DNA of 64,000 nucleotides from a bacterium (GTDB lineage Bacteria; UBA8248): NCBI GenBank assembly GCA_965213685.1, contig CBDBZY010000014.1, positions 1 to 64,000 of the forward strand, read 5' to 3'. Shown piece by piece: positions 20,021 to 29,624 of this stretch (position 1 is its first letter; each line of letters starts with the position of its first letter). The notes under the pieces were generated by a model. It saw only the letters and a program-made list of their open reading frames with translations, ran no database searches and was not told where the DNA came from. The position numbers and the translations under genes were made by a program.

Positions 20021-20049
20021 ATTTTAGCCGAGGCTCGGGGGCGTGTCAA
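20021..20049 (-). promoter_or_regulatory. Near-consensus sigma70 promoter
   Basis: TTGACA (20044-20049)-17 bp-TAAAAT (20021-20026), with an AT-rich UP-like tract upstream. Confidence 0.8.
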
Positions 20050-20150
20050 GCGTTTTTGTCCGGAAAAATTTTCCTTTGTTTGGCCCCGCGTTTGGTCCCG
20101 CATCCCCCGCATTTCGCCGCGAGGACGGCGCGGACCCTCCCCTCCCCTCC

Positions 20151-21257
20151 TCACGCCTCGACGATGGCGGAGACCACGCCGCCGCCCACCGGCCCCTGAT
20201 GGAAGACGAGGCCCGCCGAGACGTAGACCGCCGGGTCCTGCACGACGGAGGCGATGACCGCATTCGCCACGGCGCGCACGGGCCGCGTGCCCAGCACCGA
20301 ATCCGTGAGGAGCGTGACGCGCTTGTCGAGAAGCCTGCCGTCCCACGGCGCGCCCGCCTTCGCGAGCACGTGCGCCACCCTTTTCAGGTCATCCTCGCCC
20401 GGCAGGCCGTCAAAGGACAGGCCCGCGTTGCGGAGCGCCTGGCGCACGGCGTCGGCGTCTATGAGGTGCCGCATCACCGCCCGGCCAATCCTGTAGCGGC
20501 TGACCGACTGCGAGGAATTGGCCAGGACAACGACCTCCGAGCGCATGAGCTCCACGCCCGCCGAGCAGGACACCATCGTGGAGTACAGGTCGCCCCGGCT
20601 GCACACGTCCGACATTCCGAACGACGCGCGGTCGATCTCCCCGATCCCCACCGCCGCGCCCAGGGCGGAGCAGCCGTTCGAGAGGCTCATGGAGCGCGTG
20701 GTGTCCGTGCTCGCCACTTTTTTGCCGCGCGCGGCGGCGTCGTTGATGCGGTCCGACGTCAGCAGCGGGCATTTCACCTGCACGTAGCCCACGTCGTCGA
20801 GGGAGTCGACGCCGGCCCTGGCGAGCGCCTCGGCCGCCGCACGGGCCACGATATCCACCTGGGACATCGTCCCGATCTCCTCGGGCAGCAGCTCCCGGGT
20901 GAAGGCGACACCCATGGACAGGCGCTTCTCCCCCGGGCCGGCGACGTCGCCCGCGTCCGTTTTGGAGAAGGCGACCGCGTGGGGGCTCATCACCCCCTCG
21001 CATCCGCCCGACATCACCATGGCGCACCTGCCCTGCACCTCTTCGCGGGAGAGGCCGAGGGTTTCCATCATGTAGTCCTCGAAGGAGTGGAGCGCATAGG
21101 GCCTCGAATAATCGTTCACCCGGCCGTTGCCCTCCGTCTTGGCGATGATGGCCTGAACGTCCGCCGCCCGAATCCTGCCCTGCGCCACCGCCTCGGCGAG
21201 GCCTGAGACGTCCTCCGGCCCCGACATCTGGAATTTCACCACCCGGGTATCAAACAC
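20151..21257 (-). CDS. Ring-opening amidohydrolase, cyanuric acid hydrolase (AtzD)/barbiturase family
   Basis: AKTEGNG..ND.SR, MSGG.EG..SPH, VQVKCPLLT, SAGVEL, C-terminal YVS....HQGP.GGG. Confidence 0.93.
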   Translation of the reverse strand: MFDTRVVKFQMSGPEDVSGLAEAVAQGRIRAADVQAIIAKTEGNGRVNDYSRPYALHSFEDYMMETLGLSREEVQGRCAMVMSGGCEGVMSPHAVAFSKTDAGDVAGPGEKRLSMGVAFTRELLPEEIGTMSQVDIVARAAAEALARAGVDSLDDVGYVQVKCPLLTSDRINDAAARGKKVASTDTTRSMSLSNGCSALGAAVGIGEIDRASFGMSDVCSRGDLYSTMVSCSAGVELMRSEVVVLANSSQSVSRYRIGRAVMRHLIDADAVRQALRNAGLSFDGLPGEDDLKRVAHVLAKAGAPWDGRLLDKRVTLLTDSVLGTRPVRAVANAVIASVVQDPAVYVSAGLVFHQGPVGGGVVSAIVEA

Positions 21258-21333
21258 CGCGCACCCTCCTCATCGTCCCCCGCGTTCATTCGGCGCGCGC
21301 GGCCGGCCCCCCGGGGGCCGACGCGCCGCCGCA

Positions 21334-22749
21334 TCACCCGCCGCCGTGCTGCGGAGCCACCGCCAAACCCGCCCGCTCGACGATGGCGGCCGAGGCCGCC
21401 TGCGCCTCCTCGCGAATCGAGGCCTCCTCCTCGCGCGACACGTTCGCCAGGCACCCCGCCTCCATGAGCGGCTCGCCGTCCACCCACGACCACCGCACTT
21501 CCGCGCCCTGGGCCTGATAGGCCAGGACGGATGGCAGATGGTGGTTCGGGCACATGTGGGGGCCGCTCATGTCGAGCAGAATCATGTCCGCCCGCCTCCC
21601 CGCCTCGATGGCGCCTATCTCCTCCTCCAGACCGAGTGCCCGCGCCCCGTTTCGCGTGGCCATGTCCAGCACCTGCCGCGCCGTGATGGCCGCCGGGTCC
21701 TGCTGCACCCCCTTGTGGAGCAGGCAGGCGAGGCGCATCTCCCAGAACATGTTGGCCATGTCATTGCAATTCGCGTTGTCGGTTCCCAGTGCGACGGGGA
21801 TGCCGTAGCCCAGCATCCGGGGCACGGGCGCGACGCCGGAGCCCAGATACATGTTGCTCGACGGGAGATGGACGACCTGGGCGCCGGCCTCCCGCAGGAG
21901 CCTGACGTCCTCCTCGCTCACGTGGACGCAATGGCCCGCCACCAGGCGGTCCGAGAGCAGCCCCCAGGCCGCCAGGTGCTGCACCACCGGGAGGCCGCCC
22001 ACCTCCGATTCCATCGGGTCCTCCGCCACGTGCGTGGAGACGCGCAGCCCCCGCGCCCCGGCCCATGCGTCCACCTCCCGAAACGTCTCGGGCTTCACGT
22101 AGACGGGGATGTTGGGCCCCGGCCAAACGAGCACGCGGCCGCCTGAGCGGCCGTGGTATCCATCCACCAGACGGGAAATCTCCGCGAACGCCTCATCCCT
22201 GCTCTTGAGGCTGGGCGGAAAGCTTCTCCCCCAGGCGGCGATGTGGGAGCGCGCCCGCTCCGCCAGCTTTCCCTCCGGCGGCGTCTCGTTGAAGCTCAGG
22301 GCGAAGACGCTCCGCATGCCTGAGTCTTCGAGCGCCTCGAGCATCGCCTCCGCCAGCGGAATCGGCACGCGCTCGTTCGTCGCCACCGTGGTGGTGCCCG
22401 AGCGAATCGCCTCGCACGCGAAGAGCCTCGTCGCCAGCGCGGCGTCCTCCGGCGCGTAAGCCGCCTGGCCCGGGGCCATGACGTTCAGGCGCCAGTCCAT
22501 CAATCGCCTGTCCGCGCCCAGGCCGCCCCGCAGCAAAATGCACATGATGTGGCTGTGGGCGTTCACCAGCCCGGGCATGAGCGCCATGCCCTCGCCGTTG
22601 ATGACGCGCACAGCGCCGGCGTCGATCCTCGACTCCGAGACCCGGGCGATTCGGCCATCCTCGACCAGCACGGAAGCACGCTTGAGGACGTCGCGCGCTG
22701 CGTTCTGCGTGAGGACGCTGGCGTCCTGGACCACGAATCGGCGCGGCAT
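21334..22749 (-). CDS. Metal-dependent amidohydrolase, AtzA/TriA (s-triazine hydrolase)-like
   Basis: PGLVNAHSH...LLRGG, EAIRSG.TT, YHG..GGR..VWP.P, HVAE, GHCV, LGSGVAPVP, GTDNANCND. Confidence 0.88.
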   Translation of the reverse strand: MPRRFVVQDASVLTQNAARDVLKRASVLVEDGRIARVSESRIDAGAVRVINGEGMALMPGLVNAHSHIMCILLRGGLGADRRLMDWRLNVMAPGQAAYAPEDAALATRLFACEAIRSGTTTVATNERVPIPLAEAMLEALEDSGMRSVFALSFNETPPEGKLAERARSHIAAWGRSFPPSLKSRDEAFAEISRLVDGYHGRSGGRVLVWPGPNIPVYVKPETFREVDAWAGARGLRVSTHVAEDPMESEVGGLPVVQHLAAWGLLSDRLVAGHCVHVSEEDVRLLREAGAQVVHLPSSNMYLGSGVAPVPRMLGYGIPVALGTDNANCNDMANMFWEMRLACLLHKGVQQDPAAITARQVLDMATRNGARALGLEEEIGAIEAGRRADMILLDMSGPHMCPNHHLPSVLAYQAQGAEVRWSWVDGEPLMEAGCLANVSREEEASIREEAQAASAAIVERAGLAVAPQHGGG

Positions 22750-22983
22750 GGGAGAATCCTCCGATGGAGATGAAAGCGTCCCCAGCATACGACAATCGCG
22801 CCCATTTTCCTATCGGCTCCCATCGGCGAAAAAACCCCCGCGCGAAGGCGCATCGCCTTGCGCCTCCGCCCGCCCGAGAACGAAAACCCCTTGCGCGCGC
22901 TTTCGGCCCGCCTCGTCTTGCCAGGGAGGGAAAAGAGAATTATTAGTGTGAGAGTGAACCCCGACAACCGAGGAGAGACGCCG

Positions 22984-23379
22984 ATGTCCAAAATCAAATT
23001 TCTGCAGCATTTCAGCATCTACTGCCGGGATTTGGCGCCCATGCACCGGTTTTATCATGAGATTCTGGGGCTGCCCGAGATGACCCGCCCGCATTTTCCG
23101 TTCCCGGGCTATTGGCTGGAGGCGGGAGCGGACCACCAGATACACCTCGCCAAGGTGAGCGACACGCACGTGACCCACTCCATCAGCGACAACGAAGACG
23201 GCTACATGGACCACCACTTCGGACTGGTGACGGAGGATCTGGACGGGATGAAGGAGCGGCTCAGGGCACATGGCGTCGCGTTTCACGATGCGCCCTACGG
23301 GTATCCGCAAATCTTTTTCCGGGACCCGGAGAACAACCTCATCGAGGTGGCGTCCACGGAGATGTTCGACGCGGAATAA
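22984..23379 (+). CDS. VOC (glyoxalase) family protein
   Basis: QHFSI.C.D....RFY.EILGL, DHHFG, IFFRDPENNLIEV; GAGGAG RBS. Confidence 0.88.
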   Translation: MSKIKFLQHFSIYCRDLAPMHRFYHEILGLPEMTRPHFPFPGYWLEAGADHQIHLAKVSDTHVTHSISDNEDGYMDHHFGLVTEDLDGMKERLRAHGVAFHDAPYGYPQIFFRDPENNLIEVASTEMFDAE

Positions 23380-23475
23380 CGCGCACGCGCCGCCCGCCGC
23401 CGCGCTCGAACGGCGGGGAGCGGGGCATCGCCCCGCCGGAGCCGCCCGGCCTCTCTTTTCGGAGACATAATAGAC

Positions 23476-23862
23476 ATGGCATTCCAAAAATTCCGCACCA
23501 CGCGGGCCACGGCCGCCTCCGGCAGCTACTCCCAGGCGCTTCTGGCCGGAAACACGCTCTACCTCGCGGGACAAACCGGAGAGGGACTCGACGGCAGCCC
23601 GCCCGTCCCCGGCGACGCGGCGGCCCAGGCGCGCCAGGCGTGCGAGAACGTTCGCCAGCTTCTCGAGGAGGCCGGCGGCGACCTCTCCCACGTCGTGAAG
23701 CTGACGAACTACGTCACCGACCGGGCATACCGCAAGCCCGTATATGAGGTGATCGCGGAATACTTTGGCCCGCACGCGCCGGCGAGCACGGGCGTGATCG
23801 TGGACGGCCTGGCCTCGGAGGATTTTCTCGTGGAAATCGACGCCACGGCCCACATTCCCTGA
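23476..23862 (+). CDS. RidA/YjgF family protein
   Basis: YSQA...GNTLYLAGQ, VVKL..Y, PAST.V.V.GL....LVEIDA. Confidence 0.9.
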   Translation: MAFQKFRTTRATAASGSYSQALLAGNTLYLAGQTGEGLDGSPPVPGDAAAQARQACENVRQLLEEAGGDLSHVVKLTNYVTDRAYRKPVYEVIAEYFGPHAPASTGVIVDGLASEDFLVEIDATAHIP

Positions 23863-24056
23863 CTCTGGCGGCGGCGCGCGCACGGGAGCGGGACGGGCGT
23901 CCCGACGGGGCGAGGCTCCGGGGGGAGAGGGGGGCTTTGCGTCTTCCCAGAAAAAGCGCGCGTTGAGAAATGGGCCGAAGCAGGGCAAAATGGCAAAATA
24001 CCCTGACCTGTTCATGAGACAGCCCTCGCGGCTGAATCCCTAGGAGGAGGCGGATC

Positions 24057-25643
24057 ATGACGGAATCATTTGATGGCGTATTCGTCGGTGGCGGGCACAA
24101 CAGCCTGGTATGCGCGGCCTATATGGCCAGGGCAGGGAAAAAGGTGGCCGTTCTGGAGCGCGCTCCCATCGCCGGCGGGGGCTGCTGCACGCACGAAGTC
24201 ACCCTCCCGGGGTTCAAGCACAACCTGCACTCGAACTATTACGTGGGTCTGGACAGAAGCCCCATCCTGCGCGATCTGGAGCTCCACGAATACGGCTTCA
24301 GCCTCATCTTTCCGGAGTGTCAGCAAGGCGGCATCTTCCGCGACGGCTCGGCGTTCGTCATCCATCGCGACGTGGAGAAGACCGTCAAGTCCCTCGAGCG
24401 CATCAACAGAAACGACGCGAAGACCTACAGGGACCTCCACGTCAAATTCACGGAAGGGATGCTCGACATCATCACCTCCTTCATGTATTGCGCCCCGCTG
24501 CCGCCCGAGGAGATGAAGGCGCGCTTCTCCGGCCCGCTGGGCCGCGAATTCCTGAGCTATGCCGACCTCAGCATGTACGAAGCGGTGGACCAGCATTTCG
24601 AGGACGAGCGGCTCCGCGTCCTGTTCAAGCTGTTCCTGGGCTCCTTCACCCTGGAGAACACGCCCTCGACCGGCATATTCTTCCCGAGAATTTTCTCGCG
24701 CATCGCGAATTTCGCCCTGCCCGTGGGCGGGTCGGTGAACTTCACCCGCGCCCTGGAGCGCGTCGTCACGCGCGGCGGCGGCAAGGTGCTGACCAACTCG
24801 GAGGTTCGCGAGATCACGGTGGAAAGCGGGGACGCCACGGGCGTCGTGCTCGAGGACGGCGCCCGCATCGAGGCCACCGAATTCGTGGCGAGCGGGGTGA
24901 ACTGGCCGCTCACGGTGCGCCTGGCCGGGGAGGATTACTTCGGGGGCAGGCTGTCGCGAGCGGCGCTCGAGTTCCAGTGGGCAAGCCACGGGCTTTGCAC
25001 CATTCACCTGGCACTTCGCGAGGCGCCCGACTTCCGGGCCGCGAAACACGAGCCCGACATCAACAAGACGTTCAACATCTTCTGGGGGGCGGACTCGACC
25101 GAGGAGATCAACGAGTGCTTCGCGCAGATACACGCAGGCGAGCTGCCCCCTCTCATGGGCAACGGCGGAAGCAACAGCCACTTCGACCCGACCTACTCGC
25201 CCGACGACACCCACGTGGGCTACTGGTGGCCGTTCGCGCCCTATGAGCTCAAAGACGGCGGGGCCGAGGCGTGGGACGCGCGGCGCGAGGAATACACCGA
25301 GCACTTCATCAACTCCTGGACGCCCTATGCCCCCAACATCCGCCACGACAACATCATGGGCAGCTACCTGTATACGCCGCTCGACATCGTGCGCACGAAC
25401 CCGAATTTCGTCCGCGCCAGCCACCACGTGGGCGCATACGTTCCCGAGCAGCTGGGCTACAACCGCCCGCACCCGGAGGTGAGCGACTTCCGGACGCCCA
25501 TCGGCAAACTCTACCTGTGCGGTTCGAGCTCCCACGTGGGCGGGGCGGTGACGGGAGCGCCCGGCTACAACTGCGCGAACGCGATCGTGGAGGATTTGGG
25601 GATCGAGCGCTTCTGGACGCCCGTCGAGGCCATGGTGGCCTAG
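24057..25643 (+). CDS. Phytoene-dehydrogenase-like FAD-dependent oxidoreductase
   Basis: VGGGHNSLVCAAY...LER....GGG, C-terminal RTPI..LYLCG.S.H.GG.VTGAPGYN. Confidence 0.88.
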   Translation: MTESFDGVFVGGGHNSLVCAAYMARAGKKVAVLERAPIAGGGCCTHEVTLPGFKHNLHSNYYVGLDRSPILRDLELHEYGFSLIFPECQQGGIFRDGSAFVIHRDVEKTVKSLERINRNDAKTYRDLHVKFTEGMLDIITSFMYCAPLPPEEMKARFSGPLGREFLSYADLSMYEAVDQHFEDERLRVLFKLFLGSFTLENTPSTGIFFPRIFSRIANFALPVGGSVNFTRALERVVTRGGGKVLTNSEVREITVESGDATGVVLEDGARIEATEFVASGVNWPLTVRLAGEDYFGGRLSRAALEFQWASHGLCTIHLALREAPDFRAAKHEPDINKTFNIFWGADSTEEINECFAQIHAGELPPLMGNGGSNSHFDPTYSPDDTHVGYWWPFAPYELKDGGAEAWDARREEYTEHFINSWTPYAPNIRHDNIMGSYLYTPLDIVRTNPNFVRASHHVGAYVPEQLGYNRPHPEVSDFRTPIGKLYLCGSSSHVGGAVTGAPGYNCANAIVEDLGIERFWTPVEAMVA

Positions 25644-25688
25644 GGATGAAACGCTGATGCTGCGCCCATGCGGAAAGGATGCCATCTC

Positions 25689-26402
25689 ATGGAACTGATC
25701 GACCTCTCCCAGACAGTGGCGGCCGGCGGATTCGAGCGCCCCTTTCACCCGAAGGTGGCGATTGAGCCGATGATGACGCACGAGGAGTCCGCCCGGAAAT
25801 TTCTCGGAAAATTCTCCTTCGCGGCCATGAAGCTCACCCTGTCGGACCACACCGGGAGCCATGTGGACGCCCTCAACCACTACGTGCCCGGAGACGCCCC
25901 CTCCATCGACAGGCTGCCGCTGGAGCGTTTCTACTCGAGTGCCATCTGCGTCGATTTCTCGGACGTCGCCCCCCGAACCTACATCGAGGAGGAGCACGTC
26001 GAGCGGGAGTTGGAAAGGCACGGGCTCGCCATCGAGCCGGGCGACGCCTTCTTGTACCACACGGGGCATTTCGAGAGATGCTACGCGGATCCGGACCCCG
26101 AGAGGTGGTGGACCGAATTCGCGGGACTGAGCCGGCGGGCCACGGAATATCTAGCGGATCGCGGCGTCCGCAACATCGGCTGCGAGGCGTTCACGATAGA
26201 AAACCCCACGCAGATGTTCCCCGAATCGGAGGAGCCCTATCCCTCCCACCAGGTGTGCAAGGAGCGCGGAATGCTCAATACGGAGAACCTGGTGATTCCC
26301 AGGCGCCTGGTGGGCAGGCGGTTCACGTTCCTCTGTCTTCCCATCAAGCTGAAAGACGCCACGGGCTCGCCGGTGCGCGCCGTCGCTGTCCTGGATGGGT
26401 GA
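25689..26402 (+). CDS. Cyclase family metal-dependent hydrolase (kynurenine formamidase-like)
   Basis: LIDLS, DHTGSHVDA..H, NTENL, P.KL..ATGSPVRAVA. Confidence 0.9.
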   Translation: MELIDLSQTVAAGGFERPFHPKVAIEPMMTHEESARKFLGKFSFAAMKLTLSDHTGSHVDALNHYVPGDAPSIDRLPLERFYSSAICVDFSDVAPRTYIEEEHVERELERHGLAIEPGDAFLYHTGHFERCYADPDPERWWTEFAGLSRRATEYLADRGVRNIGCEAFTIENPTQMFPESEEPYPSHQVCKERGMLNTENLVIPRRLVGRRFTFLCLPIKLKDATGSPVRAVAVLDG

Positions 26403-26426
26403 TCCGCAGGCACCGGGAGGAGCGGC

Positions 26427-27317
26427 CTACAGGCCGAACCCGAAGAGGGCGTTCGCGTTGCCGAAGGCCACTTTTTCGATGTCCGCCTCGGACACGCCGC
26501 CTCGGCGCATGGCGCGAATCGCGCGGGGGATGCAATAGACGTCGTTCGCCGTGTAGGGGATGAGGTCGGAGTTGAGCATCATGCGCGCCGCCCCGTGGCG
26601 CTTCACCCATTCCACGACGGCGGACGGGGAGACAGGCCGAAGCCGGCTGCCCAGGCTCGTCGCGCACCAGGCGCCCGTCTCGGCGTGCACAAAATCCACG
26701 ATCGTCTCATCGGCGTGGTCCACCACCAGCAGCGCGTGATCCAGCCCGGCGCGATTGATGATCTCCAGGTCCATCTCCAGATAATGGCGACGGAACTCCC
26801 CGGGACGAACTTCGCCCTGCGTGTCCACGCCGCCCAGGAATTCCCCGGGGTTCTTGTGGGTGGGCGTGTGCAGAATCAGGGGTTTCCGGAGCGCCGCCGC
26901 GATCCGCGCCTGCGCCTCCAGGCACCTGGCCTGATCCTCCAGGTCCCAGGAGAAGCCGAAATACTGCCCGGGGTCCAGCCCCACCTCCCCCAGGGCGACC
27001 ACCCTTTCGTTCTCCAGATAGCCGGGGAGCGCGTCGAGCAGCCGCTCCCAGCCGTCCACCCGCGTCATCGCGCTGATTCCCACGGCGCACCTGGTCCGAA
27101 TGCGGTGTTTGGCCTCCGCCGCCTCGGCCATCCTCAGAGGGCTGTCCCAAAGCCTCCGCACATCCTCCGCCCCCGGCGCCCGCCGCCAAATCTCGCGGTG
27201 GACGTGGGGGTTCCCGCAGGAGAGGACCGCGCCCGCCATCCCGCACATGCCCTGAAGCTCCCAGTCGTCGAAGCTGAACCCGTGCAGGTGGTTGTGGCCG
27301 TCGATGAACCTATCCAT
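26427..27317 (-). CDS. TatD-related metal-dependent hydrolase
   Basis: IDGHNH, VALGEVGLD, LILHTP, VVDH, MLNSD, N...LFG. Confidence 0.82.
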   Translation of the reverse strand: MDRFIDGHNHLHGFSFDDWELQGMCGMAGAVLSCGNPHVHREIWRRAPGAEDVRRLWDSPLRMAEAAEAKHRIRTRCAVGISAMTRVDGWERLLDALPGYLENERVVALGEVGLDPGQYFGFSWDLEDQARCLEAQARIAAALRKPLILHTPTHKNPGEFLGGVDTQGEVRPGEFRRHYLEMDLEIINRAGLDHALLVVDHADETIVDFVHAETGAWCATSLGSRLRPVSPSAVVEWVKRHGAARMMLNSDLIPYTANDVYCIPRAIRAMRRGGVSEADIEKVAFGNANALFGFGL

Positions 27318-28110
27318 CGCGCACTCCGGGCTTTCTCACGAGAAACGCATAGCGGTTCAGGCTGAAGAAATAGGCGCCCTGCTCGCCCAGGGACATCAAA
27401 TCCCCCGCCCAGGCCTTCGCCTCCTCCTTCGCCACGCCCCCCTTGCGAACCACGAACGGCACGATGACGCTCACCATGCCGCAACTATAGTTGTTTGCGG
27501 GATACTCCGTGTTCAGGAGGGACAAAACGCGCTGGCGCAGAACCTCGAAACCGGCGCGGCGCAGGAGGGGGAGCAGCTTTCTGGGCAAATGGGGGTCCGC
27601 CAGATGCGCGTCCCACGCCCGGAGGATTCTCCGCGCCCGTCCGGCGTCCCGGGCGCTCCACACGAGGGAGCCCCAATCGGTATCCATGATGAGCGCCCGA
27701 CCGCCGGGCCGCAACACCCGCAGGAGCTCCGCCAGGGCGGCCTCCACCTCGGGGACGTATTCATAGACCTGGGAGACGATGGCCGCGTCGAAATCATCGT
27801 CGGCAAAAGGCAGGCACAGCGCGTCGCCCTCCCGAATCGACACGTGCGGCTGCGATTCGCACCGCACCCGCGCCATGGCGCGCATGGGCGCGCTGTTGTC
27901 CACGCCCAAGACGGCGCCCGCCTCCCCCACCATGCGCCCCGCCTCGAGCGTCACGAAGCCGGGGCCCGAGCCGAGGTCGAGCACGCGCTCGCCCGGGAGG
28001 GGAGACAGCGTTCGCAGAAGGGCGTCCCGCTGTGCGGCCACGTCCGGCGTCGCATAGACGGCCTCCACGCGCAGGGCCGCCTTCTCGTCAAAACCGGGGG
28101 GGCGCTCCAT
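27310..28110 (-). CDS. Class I SAM-dependent methyltransferase (UbiE-like)
   Basis: RVLDLGSGPG, GVD.S, GDA..LPF.D..FD, RVLRPGGR; overlaps the TatD start. Confidence 0.9.
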   Translation of the reverse strand: MERPPGFDEKAALRVEAVYATPDVAAQRDALLRTLSPLPGERVLDLGSGPGFVTLEAGRMVGEAGAVLGVDNSAPMRAMARVRCESQPHVSIREGDALCLPFADDDFDAAIVSQVYEYVPEVEAALAELLRVLRPGGRALIMDTDWGSLVWSARDAGRARRILRAWDAHLADPHLPRKLLPLLRRAGFEVLRQRVLSLLNTEYPANNYSCGMVSVIVPFVVRKGGVAKEEAKAWAGDLMSLGEQGAYFFSLNRYAFLVRKPGVRDG

Positions 28111-28337
28111 GAGGCGTCCTTCTCCTGCTGAGGCATCCTTCTCCCGACCACCGCGAACGTCAGCGCTCCGGCCCTGCCGCCCCGGAGAATCTTAGCTCCC
28201 GGGCGGAGGCCGAAATGCGCGGAGCCCTCCGCCTTTCGCACCGCGCGGGCCGTCCGCCGTTGACGGGCATTTTGTCCTGAATCTATAAGCCTGATCAAAC
28301 CCGTTTCGGGGATTCACCCTCATCGGCGGAATGGCCC

Positions 28338-29539
28338 ATGGCCCCATCCAGGATATTCAACCTTTTCGCGATCGCGGGCAGCCACGCCGTCAACGCCTTC
28401 TACACGCAGCTTCTGATACCCGTGCTCCGCTCATCGTCTCGGAATTCGAGCTGAACTACGTGCAGGCGGGCCTCGTGGTGACGACCTACTCGGTGGCGAA
28501 CAGCGTCTTCCAGTTCCCCCTCTCGTTCGTGTCGGACTACACGCGCCGCTGGCGGACCACCCTCGCCCTCTCCCTGCTCACCCAGGCGCTGCCCGTTCTG
28601 CTCTACGGCTATGCGGCGAGCTACTCCCTCCTGCTTCTGTTCGTATTCATCAGCGGCATCGGGAGCGCGGCCTACCACCCTCCAGCCGTCGCGCTGATCA
28701 CCCACGAGCTGCCCGAGAGGCGCGGGTTCTGCATGAGCCTGTTCAACGGCGGGGGCGACGCGGGGAACATCATCTCGCCCGCCGTCGTAGGCTGGCTCGC
28801 CGTCTATCTGGCGAGCTGGCGGATGGCGGCGCAGTTCTACGTCATACCGGGCATCATCTGGGCGGGACTCATCTGGTTTCGCTTTCAGGATCAGGCCGGA
28901 GAGCGCCAACCCTTCCGCCAGGCGGCGCGCTCCACCTTCCGCGCCCTGTTCGGCAACAAGTCGCTGATGCTGCTCGTCGCCCTCTCCTCCTGCCGAATCA
29001 TGGGATATCGAGGCTTCATGGCCTTTCTGCCGCTCCTCCTGGCGGAGAGGTTCGGCTACGACACCAGGGGGGTGGGCTGGCTGCTCAGCGCCTATTTTCT
29101 CCTGGGCTCCAGCACGTCGATTCTCGTCGGCAGGTGGTCGGACGAGAGGAGCAGAACCAAGGTCATCGTGGTCCTCACCTTCCTGTGCGCCACCGCGATG
29201 GCCTCCCTCTCCTGGGTGTCCGCCGCGCCGACGCTACTGCTCTCGCTCTTCTCCATCGCCTGCATCCTGACCCCGGTGCCCAGCCTGGTGCTGGCCGTCG
29301 GCACGGAGCTGGTGGACGAGCGGGTTCGCTCGAGCTCCGTGGGCATGATCTACGCCTTCAACGAGGGCGCCAGCGCGCTCTCGCCGCTCATCGGCGGCCT
29401 CGTGGCCGAGGCGCTGGGGCTGCAAATGGCGTTCAGCTTCTACGCCGCGATGTTCGGGGCCGGCGGGGCCATCGCCGTCATCCTCCACAAAAGAAGCGTC
29501 TCTCCGCTCCGCGCCGGCGGCAACGCGCAGGACAGGTGA
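28338..29539 (+). CDS. MFS transporter (Fsr-like); one frameshift near 28425
   Basis: About 12 hydrophobic segments and G.G.AAYHP; the true N-terminus MAPSRIFNLFAIAGSHAVNAFY is in a different frame from ORF 28331. Confidence 0.85.
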
Positions 29540-29624
29540 AATTCGGTGGCAAGGCTGGGCGCCGTCGTTCGAAAGCGCGCAAGCCGGGCGCAGCCCCAGT
29601 CAAACTTTCCGCACGAAGGGCCAC

